64,000 nucleotides of DNA from Bacteroidota bacterium (GTDB lineage Bacteria; Bacteroidota; Bacteroidia; Bacteroidales; FEN-979), in contig JAPLDF010000075.1 of NCBI GenBank assembly GCA_026391835.1, forward strand, positions 384,422-448,421, read 5' to 3'. This document shows, one piece after another, positions 54,351-62,400 of this stretch. The notes below the pieces were generated by a model that saw nothing but the letters and a program-made list of their open reading frames with translations, had not been told where the DNA came from and did no database searches. The position numbers and the translations under genes are program-made. The stretch's first letter is position 1, and each line of letters opens with the position of its first letter.

Positions 54351-54417
54351 TAAAAAAAATCAAATAGGTAATAAGATACATATCCAGGAATCTGTCCCAG
54401 TGAAGTTCTACTGAATT

Positions 54418-55608
54418 TCAGCCATTGCGCTGTTTCCGGAACAACTGCAGGAGGAGATAAGTGGCTGGTCCAAGGACAACTGCAAGTGTTACTCCAAAGA
54501 AAAGGCTGCCGATAAGGTACTGTACCAGGTTCTCCTTAACCCATTGTAATCCTAAACCCGGCGTGTATTGCATGTTCGACATATTGGCCCCCATTACCCA
54601 TCCGCCGATGATGTAACTCAGGAAGATTACAAACGGAAGCATGGGAGGGAGGCTGATATTGGAAACCGTCACTGCTACAAACTTGTTTAATTTGAAGAGA
54701 TGCGCCAGTCCCAGGGTTGTAACAATCTGCCATCCCCAGATCGGCGTCACCCCGATGAAAAGTCCAAGCGCCACGGATTTTGCCAGTTTGGCATTTGAAT
54801 CCTGGCTGTTGACCACGTATTCCATGAAAAATTCACGGACTGACTTTTTCCGGAGCCCTTTAAAAAAAGACAATGGACGAACCCAAAGCAAGGCCAGGAA
54901 GACCAGGATGCTGTTGGCGATGCTTACCCGGGTAAAATCCCTGAATTTCCTGAAATGAGAAACACGGGTTTCTTTTGGTGCATAGTATACCTTAACAGGA
55001 ACAGATAGGATGCTCACGTTTCGCCATGCAAGCCGCACAAGGATTTCAACTTCGTATTCATATTTTTTGGAAATGATCCCCCTGATTTCCCGTATTTTAT
55101 CCAGAGGATAGAGGCGAAAGCCGGTTTGAACATCCAGTACGGTCATACCGGTTTCAACTTTAAACCAGAAAATAGAAAATTTGTGTCCGAAACTGCTGGT
55201 TCCGGGAACCTCCTCCTGTGTCATATTGCGGGCACCCAGGATCATAGAATCAGGATGTTTCTCAGCCATTTCAAGGAACAACGGTAGATCTTCAGGGTAA
55301 TGCTGGCCATCGCTGTCGATGGTTACAGCGTACCTGTATCCATGTTCAATGGCAGATGCGAATCCCTGGCGCAGGGCCCAGCCCTTGCCCGTGTTTACCG
55401 GAATATTGATTTTCTGAACTGAAGGAAACCTCTCCAGGATTGACCTGGTGGAATCAGTTGATCCGTCGTTCACCACGATAACATTACCGGTGTACGACAA
55501 AACCCCGTTGATTACCTCTTCAAGGGCATGGTCGTTGTTGTAAGTCGGAATGATGATACAACAATTGAGGTCACTGAATTTTTGTCGTACCAGGGGTAAA
55601 CTGAGCAT
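54418..55608 (-). CDS. family 2 glycosyltransferase fused to a DUF2062-like membrane domain
   Basis: Start moved to M17 of the ORF to remove the overlap with the upstream gene. GT2 motifs IIIPTYNN, VVNDGSTD and TIDSDGQH. C-terminal TM domain (GLFIGVTPIWGWQIVTTLGLAHLF...). Confidence 0.8.
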   Translation of the reverse strand: MLSLPLVRQKFSDLNCCIIIPTYNNDHALEEVINGVLSYTGNVIVVNDGSTDSTRSILERFPSVQKINIPVNTGKGWALRQGFASAIEHGYRYAVTIDSDGQHYPEDLPLFLEMAEKHPDSMILGARNMTQEEVPGTSSFGHKFSIFWFKVETGMTVLDVQTGFRLYPLDKIREIRGIISKKYEYEVEILVRLAWRNVSILSVPVKVYYAPKETRVSHFRKFRDFTRVSIANSILVFLALLWVRPLSFFKGLRKKSVREFFMEYVVNSQDSNAKLAKSVALGLFIGVTPIWGWQIVTTLGLAHLFKLNKFVAVTVSNISLPPMLPFVIFLSYIIGGWVMGANMSNMQYTPGLGLQWVKENLVQYLIGSLFFGVTLAVVLGPATYLLLQLFRKQRNG

Positions 55609-55625
55609 TTGTGTTGTCAAACGAA

Positions 55626-56018
55626 TTATTTCTGCAACCCTTTTGCCCATTTGCAAACCATGTCAATTTCAGCCTGGGTGGGGACATCATTGGGATTGTT
55701 GGCACGCCATTTTTTTGGCGGCATTGAGCTTTTGGTCAGCACTTTGCACATTGCGCCGGCCTTACTGATTTGTTTTTCAGAATCATATTTTTCCCAGGCT
55801 GAGAAATTGATTTTCCCCTTTGCCATGAAATTTCCGTCATCGGAATGACAATCCATGCAAGCTTTCTGAACGATTTTGTGAATGCTGTCGGGCAGTGCTG
55901 TTCCGGGACCGCCGGCATTGGTTTTTTTTGATCCACTGGCCGTTTGGGGGTTCATGACAATGGCAACGGCAAAAAGGACACTCGTTGCAAGGAGGGACAC
56001 TAATGCAATCTTTTTCAT
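55626..56018 (-). CDS. small secreted/anchored haem-binding-domain-like protein (CxxCH)
   Basis: 130 aa with a signal/anchor. Contains KACMDCHSDDG and MPPKKW..., typical of the Haem_bd family as recalled. Confidence 0.65.
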   Translation of the reverse strand: MKKIALVSLLATSVLFAVAIVMNPQTASGSKKTNAGGPGTALPDSIHKIVQKACMDCHSDDGNFMAKGKINFSAWEKYDSEKQISKAGAMCKVLTKSSMPPKKWRANNPNDVPTQAEIDMVCKWAKGLQK

Positions 56019-56086
56019 GGGTTATGGTTTTTATTTTTACAAAGATAGGCTGAATTAACAAAGCACAGCAATATAATATTTTATAC

Positions 56087-57115
56087 TTAATGCTCAAAAG
56101 GGCCCTTGGAAATCTCAAAAAACTCCCTTATCGCATGGTTCGCATCATCAATCGGTGCATGTGCCTGTGCTGTATATCTTTTCGCTGAAGAGAACCAGGT
56201 TTGTCTCAGGTATCCGATGATTTCCAAACTGTTTTCAGGTTCTTCACCAGCTATTTCTACCTGTGGATAATTGTAAAACCCTTGATGGGTTTTCACACCG
56301 AGTTTCCCCTGAGAGACAAGTTCCGACATGGCTGCTGTCAATTGGAAAAAGTAACTTTTATGGGGATAGTTCCGCAGGTAATTCAGTATAGCAGTAAGCA
56401 TGGTGTCCAGCCCGGTGCGATCGCAAAAGCCAAAGATGCCAATGGGGAATAAATGTGTTATAACCAGTTGATCCATTTGCCCGTAACTGCAATTACCAGC
56501 ATGAACGAGCAGGAATGCTTCATTCAGAACATCCAGAAAAATCCGGTTTAATATGAAACTGTTCGTTTCCTCAAGGGTAATAAAACGTCTTCCGATTTCA
56601 GAGAGAAATGATTCAAGGTGTGATTGTGTTTGTGCGGTTGTATCTTGATTAACAGTAATTTCGACAATATTCTTCAGGTGAACAGGATAGAAAAAAAGAA
56701 GGCCGGTAAATTTCGCTTTGCGCTGACCTGCAGGAGCCATTTCAGATGGATTAAATGAAGATGAATTGGAAGCAAAAATGGCCCCGGGCTTGACAACCCG
56801 GTCTAGCAGCAAGAACATGTTTTTTTTCAGGTCACCGGTTTCAGGTAAAGCTTCAATAACCATGTCGCATAAAGCAAGGTCAGTTAAATTCCGGGAAATG
56901 ACAGTTCGTTTCACTTTATCAAACCGGTGCCGGCCGGTTATTCCTGCATCAAACGATTGTTTGACATATGTGTTCAACTGCCAGGTGAGCTTTTCAATAT
57001 CTGCTTCGGGACTGCAAACCCAAACCAGTTCAAAATGAAAATCAAGAAGATAGGTGAGGATGTCTGTCCCCATTTTACCTTCGCCAAGGATGCCAACCTG
57101 ACTGATTTGCGACAT
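56087..57115 (-). CDS. 3-hydroxyacyl-CoA dehydrogenase-like protein with a non-canonical active site
   Basis: 342 aa. Rossmann N-terminus (VGILGEGKMG), ASNSSS and SFILNRIF are present. The canonical G-L-H-F-F-N-P reads GLLFFYP. Confidence 0.7.
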   Translation of the reverse strand: MSQISQVGILGEGKMGTDILTYLLDFHFELVWVCSPEADIEKLTWQLNTYVKQSFDAGITGRHRFDKVKRTVISRNLTDLALCDMVIEALPETGDLKKNMFLLLDRVVKPGAIFASNSSSFNPSEMAPAGQRKAKFTGLLFFYPVHLKNIVEITVNQDTTAQTQSHLESFLSEIGRRFITLEETNSFILNRIFLDVLNEAFLLVHAGNCSYGQMDQLVITHLFPIGIFGFCDRTGLDTMLTAILNYLRNYPHKSYFFQLTAAMSELVSQGKLGVKTHQGFYNYPQVEIAGEEPENSLEIIGYLRQTWFSSAKRYTAQAHAPIDDANHAIREFFEISKGPFEH

Positions 57116-57123
57116 CGTTCGTT

Positions 57124-57510
57124 TTATGAACCTGGAACAAATTTCCCTTTGAATTTGAAAAATATGGTTGTCCCTGAACCAATGGAAGCAGTGGCAGAAA
57201 GTTGCTGATCACTCAGGAGCCTGATGAGGATATCGAACTCAATGACCTTGTTTGTGGTGGGATTGATCATCGACAGAAACTTGATGTTGTCGGACTCTTT
57301 GAGAAGCAGGGCGCGATTCACGGCCAATTCAACGAGTTCCTTGACCATCTGAACCTGGCACACCCCCGGTACTACCGGGTTTCCGGGGAAATGTCCCTGG
57401 AAAATCGGGTGATTGTCATTCAGGGATGCCACTGCCCGGAGCCTCAAATGTGTCTCATCAGGGTTATCAATTGTAAACGATTGAATTTCAAAAAAGGATC
57501 CCGAAAGCAT
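57124..57510 (-). CDS. FabZ/FabA-like hot-dog fold dehydratase
   Basis: 128 aa: HPIFQGHFPGNPVVPGVCQVQMVKE (the HFPxxPxxPGV motif). Confidence 0.75.
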   Translation of the reverse strand: MLSGSFFEIQSFTIDNPDETHLRLRAVASLNDNHPIFQGHFPGNPVVPGVCQVQMVKELVELAVNRALLLKESDNIKFLSMINPTTNKVIEFDILIRLLSDQQLSATASIGSGTTIFFKFKGKFVPGS

Positions 57511-57576
57511 GGCTGAGGAGGTTTATTTTGGGTGCACCCGCAAAAATAGGAAAAAAAGCAAACCGGTAAAAAAAGG

Positions 57577-57610
57577 AAACCCCAAAAAAGCAATTGCTTT
57601 CAGGGGTTTC
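57577..57610 (-). terminator. rho-independent terminator
   Basis: 8-bp stem gaaacccc/ggggtttc enclosing an inner agcaattgct palindrome. On the minus strand it is followed by ctttttttacc. Downstream of the FISUMP gene. Confidence 0.7.
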
Positions 57611-57692
57611 GCAGGGAGAGAATTTTCTAAACCAACCACAATTTAGAAAAGCATCATTGAAAAGGTTAAATTCCTTTTTCCGTATTTTAAAA

Positions 57693-58772
57693 TCAGTCTT
57701 TAATGCAACGGACCGAATATCCTTCTGCACGAAAATCATCGATGGTGGAGGCTCCGCTGGCTGAAATCTCAAGGAACATTGACTTGGTTGTGTTGGCAAC
57801 GGTACTTGTCCAAATACGACCATAGGTTCCTGCATCATAAACCACACCATCATAGAATTCGCGGCATCCGGCAACTGCCCATTTCAGGGACGAACCATAC
57901 GCACCAGCAGTATTCTGGCTGCTCCAGGAGGCAACTTCAGTGGTCATTTCAGTTGCCGTTGGAAGCCGGTATCCGGAAGGGCAAGGGTTATTTGCTCCTG
58001 AAACACCCTGCCAAAGATTGTTGTTCTGAGGCACACGCCAATCGCTGGCTGCATGCAACCCTTTAATATACATCGAATGGCCCGGAACATTTGTAGAACT
58101 TGTCGTTGTTGTGGCTCCATTCAGGCCAACTCCGGTATAGGCATTCGCCCAGGTAATGCATTGATGTCCATCGGCTAAACGTCCCCACTGGTACATGGAA
58201 CCATATGCCAGGAAATCAATGGCAGACAGAGCCACCTGCGCAGCACCCAGGTTGCGGTCGAGCCAAACTTTCTGTGTCTTGTGATTTGCAACCTGATAAT
58301 AGGTATAACTGGTGTTGCAGCCACTTTGGACAATAGGGGTGTTGTTTACAGCTACAACATTGAAACTGAACGCTGTTCCCATCGATACACTGAAGGAGTT
58401 AACGCCGGTTGTTACCGGTGTCCCATTGCCATATAAAATAACATCCTGGAGTCCTTTGAAAGTAAAGCTTCCGCTTTTGGTAAATGTAATTCCGTTGGCA
58501 GTGTTGCTGATTAAATTATAATAGCCGATCGTGTAAACATTTATTTTTAAGGTAACAGTGTTGGTCAGGTTTAATTTTAATCCGGTTCTGTAATTCCCAT
58601 TGACGGTACCAGACATGATTTTTCCGGTGGCAGTGGCCTTCAAGCCTGATTGAGACTGGCCTGCATTCGGAACTGGTTGTACCTCCTCAACCTCTTTTTT
58701 GCAACTTACGAGAAAAAGACAAGTTACAAGAGCCAGGGCGATTCCGCTGTTGAGTAATTTTCTTGTTTTCAT
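57693..58772 (-). CDS. lipoprotein with Fibrobacter succinogenes major paralogous (FISUMP) domain
   Basis: 359 aa with lipobox (LFLVSC). C-terminal domain KVWLDRNLGA...YGSMYQWGR...WRVPQ...GYRLPT...GRIWTST...GYSVRCIKD. Confidence 0.8.
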   Translation of the reverse strand: MKTRKLLNSGIALALVTCLFLVSCKKEVEEVQPVPNAGQSQSGLKATATGKIMSGTVNGNYRTGLKLNLTNTVTLKINVYTIGYYNLISNTANGITFTKSGSFTFKGLQDVILYGNGTPVTTGVNSFSVSMGTAFSFNVVAVNNTPIVQSGCNTSYTYYQVANHKTQKVWLDRNLGAAQVALSAIDFLAYGSMYQWGRLADGHQCITWANAYTGVGLNGATTTTSSTNVPGHSMYIKGLHAASDWRVPQNNNLWQGVSGANNPCPSGYRLPTATEMTTEVASWSSQNTAGAYGSSLKWAVAGCREFYDGVVYDAGTYGRIWTSTVANTTKSMFLEISASGASTIDDFRAEGYSVRCIKD

Positions 58773-59453
58773 CTGAGTAAGTGTTAGAGTTGGTTGTTGG
58801 TTTTACGATAGCCCATTGGTGTTTTATTTCTATCCCAGTTGATTATTCCTCATCCGGAACATATTGGTAAAGATCGTTTTTAATGGCCCCCTGCGCAATT
58901 GGGGATATTTGTAAAATGCCTTTCCGGGAAACCACAATACGTTTTCGTAATTTGTAAAATTATAATGCAATATATCAGCATATTGAAGAAATACTATGGC
59001 GTACCATGTCCACGCCCATAAAGATGAGGTTTGTATGAATTCCGCCATTAATCCTGAAAAGCCGGTTCACCCGGTAATCAGATAAAAAACACTTGACTTA
59101 GTGGTGTTTTTAATGTATATTTGCTACTGTTAGGTAATTAAACGAATTAAAGCATTGCTGAATTATTGCCTTCTACGACTCTCCATCCGCTGATACAGCT
59201 GATTAATATCACCTTTAATTCGTAATTGTTTGGTTTTCAAATTTTTCAAATTTGATTGAAAAATGGATAAAACTAAACCATTTATTAGGGAGCAGAACAG
59301 TCTTTTCCATGAACCCTGTATTTGGGAGAAAATACAGGGCTCTCCTATATACAATCCATTTTCAATCCTGGATCCGGCTATTATGCTGGTGCTTGGGAAT
59401 TCTATGGTTTAACGAATTATATAGTTACACATTAATATCAAAAACAAAAACCT

Positions 59454-62400
59454 ATGAAAAGACTAATACTTTCATTTATTGCGCTGACAATGTGCAGTTT
59501 AAGTTTTGGGCAGTTGTCGGGGCAGAAATTCATCCCGGGAATAACCGGTGATCCCAATTCCTATGCGACACTCGCCCTGGCCATTTCGGATCTTAATTCG
59601 GTTGGTGTTGGCCCGGGAGGAGTAACCTTCAATGTTGCAACAGGTTATACTGAATTCACTGTGATTCCCCTGCTGATTACAGCGACCGGGACGCTGGCGG
59701 ATCCTATCCTTTTTCGCAAGGACCCTGCCCTGGTCGGCGTCCACCCTGTTGTGCACCGGACTGATGCAGGTACCATTGCCACATCCACGCTGGGTGGACA
59801 GGGAGATGCCGTGATCATCATACAGGGGAGTGATTACATTACGTTTGATGCCATCGATGTCTTAGCAGACAATGCGGGTGTAGAATATGGCTATTACCTG
59901 CGAAAAGCCTCCGTTACAGACGGATGTAAATTTGTGACCATCAAAAATGCCGCAATAACCATGACAAAAGGGACCAGCTCTTTTGTGGCAGGCATCTATT
60001 CCTCAAATAACGATGTATCTTCACTTCCATCCTCGGCAACCGGGATAACCGTTACGACCGTCGGGGGAAGAAATGAGAGCGTGACGCTCACAGGAAATAC
60101 AATTGGCAATGTTTTTGCCGGCATTTTGCTCCGGGGATACAATCATACAACAACACCATATGACCTGCAGGATCAGAACAATGTAGTGGGTACGTCCGGA
60201 GCAGGCAATACGATTCAGAATTTTGCCGGCAATTTTGCAGCTGCTTCTTATGGCGTTTACCTGATCTACCAGACAAACCCAAGCGTATGCTACAACGTGA
60301 TAAACAACGTAGCCGGGGGAGGAACCAACGCCACTCTCACTGTTTACGGTATTTTTATGTCAAGCACAAACGCCGGTGGAAATTTTGTTGCCAACAACAA
60401 TGAGATCAGCCTTGGACAAGGCTCTGCATCGGGAGCACACTGTATTTACAATGCCCAGCCCTGTAATTCGATCACAATAAACAACAACATGTTCAGCTAT
60501 GGGACATTTGCTTCAACCACAACCTCCTATCTTATCAACTGCAGCAATGCAACCCCGAACATCATGGTTAGTGGGAATTCAACGGTTGGAACGATTACCA
60601 AAACCGGGATCGGTCAACTGGAAGGTTATTACAATTTCGGGAGCCCCTTAAGCGGAACGGCAACAATCAGCAACAATACCTTCTCGAACATAGTACTTAC
60701 AGGTGCTTCGGCTTTCTATGGAATTCGCCAGTATTCATCGGTCAACCAGGTGGAGATTATTTCCAACAACACCATCAGCAATATAACCGGCGGGACTTCG
60801 ACCCTGTATGGAATATACCAGGGGTATGGCGCTGCAGGCAGCCTCGTGAACAGCAACATGATTACAAACTGGACAGGTTCCGGTGCCATGGTTGGCATCT
60901 ACGTTGGAGCAAGCATTGCACCGGTTTCCCTGAATGTTGTCAACAATACCATCAACGGGCTGAGTACCACAGGCACCTCTATTTATGGCATACAGAATCT
61001 CCTTGGTACTGCAACCAACATACAAAAGAACAGGGTATGCAACCTGCAGGCCAATAATGCCAGTGGAATTGTTTATGGTATCTACCTTTCAGGAGGCACA
61101 ACCACAAATGTGTATAACAACTTTATAAGTTCCCTGGGCACACCCATTGCCAATGCGGCCATTCCACTTGCCGGCATTTATGTGTCGGGAGGAACAAATG
61201 CCAACGTGTTTTTTAACTCGGTTAACCTATACGCGAGCAGTACCGGCGCATTGTTCGGCAGCGCTGCAGTATATGCATCGACTGCTGTGAACCTTGATAT
61301 GCGGAATAACATTCTGATCAATAAATCCACACCTAAAGGTGCTACAGGTTACACCGTGGCATACAGAAGAACAACCACAACCCTGGCAACCTATTCGAAC
61401 AGTTCCAATGCCAACAATTTCTATGCGGGGCCTCCGGGGCCTGCCAACCTTATCTTTTATGACGGCACCAATGCCGATCAAACCCTGGCGGCATATAAGC
61501 TAAGGGTGGGGCCTGTAAGGGACAATTCATCGTTTTCCGAAGATACTCCATTTGTAGCCCCACTTTGCGATCTCCATCTGAATCCTGCTATTCCGACATT
61601 TTGCGAAAGCGGGGGCGTGCAGATACTCAATCCCATTTCTATCACGGACGATATTGATGGAAATGTCCGGACCATAGTCCCTGACGTCGGGGCCGATGAA
61701 TTTGACGGCATTTTTGCAGGTGTGGTCAATCCCGGAAATGTAACCGCCACGCCAATCAGCTCGCAGCAAATCAACCTTGGCTTCATCCCCAATCCATCAA
61801 ATAACAATGTGCTGATTGTGTGGAATTTAACAGGAATTTTCACACCTCCTGCCGGGCTACCACCTGCACCGGGAAACTCATTTGCAGGCGGAACTGTACT
61901 TTCCTACGGGATCACTTCACCCGTTATACATACGGGCCTCACCTGGGGAACGACTTACTACTATAAACTATTCTCCTACAATGGATCAAGTTATTCAGCA
62001 GGACTTTCGACCTTTGCAGTTCCTTCCGTTTTACAACCAGCCTCCCTGACAGCTGTCGCATCCGGGCCAAACCAGATTGACCTTAGCTGGGCGCGGAATA
62101 TTTTCCTGAATAATGTAATCATCGCCACCAACACCGTCAATACATTCGGAGATCCTGTAAATGGAAATGCGTACATGGCCGGAAGCCCTTTGGCGGGGGG
62201 CGGAACCATCATCTATGTGGGTCCGTTGACTTCGTTCAGCCATACAGGCTTGAACCCTGTTACCACCTATTACTACAAGGCCTGGTCGGTTGATGGTTTT
62301 ACCTATTATTCCGGCGCGGGTGTTATTGCAAATGCCACTACCCCATGCCTCCCGGTATCAACGTATCCGTGGACTGAAGGGTTTGAGCCACCCACTGTTA

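Noticed and set aside
58830-59354. Small minus-strand ORFs 58830-59048 (72 aa) and 59163-59354 (63 aa)
   Set aside because: No signal peptide, TM or family motif was recognised and neither has a convincing promoter/start context. They lie in a repeat- and hairpin-rich AT-rich spacer that is more plausibly the regulatory region of the giant gene. Coding remains possible but is unsupported.
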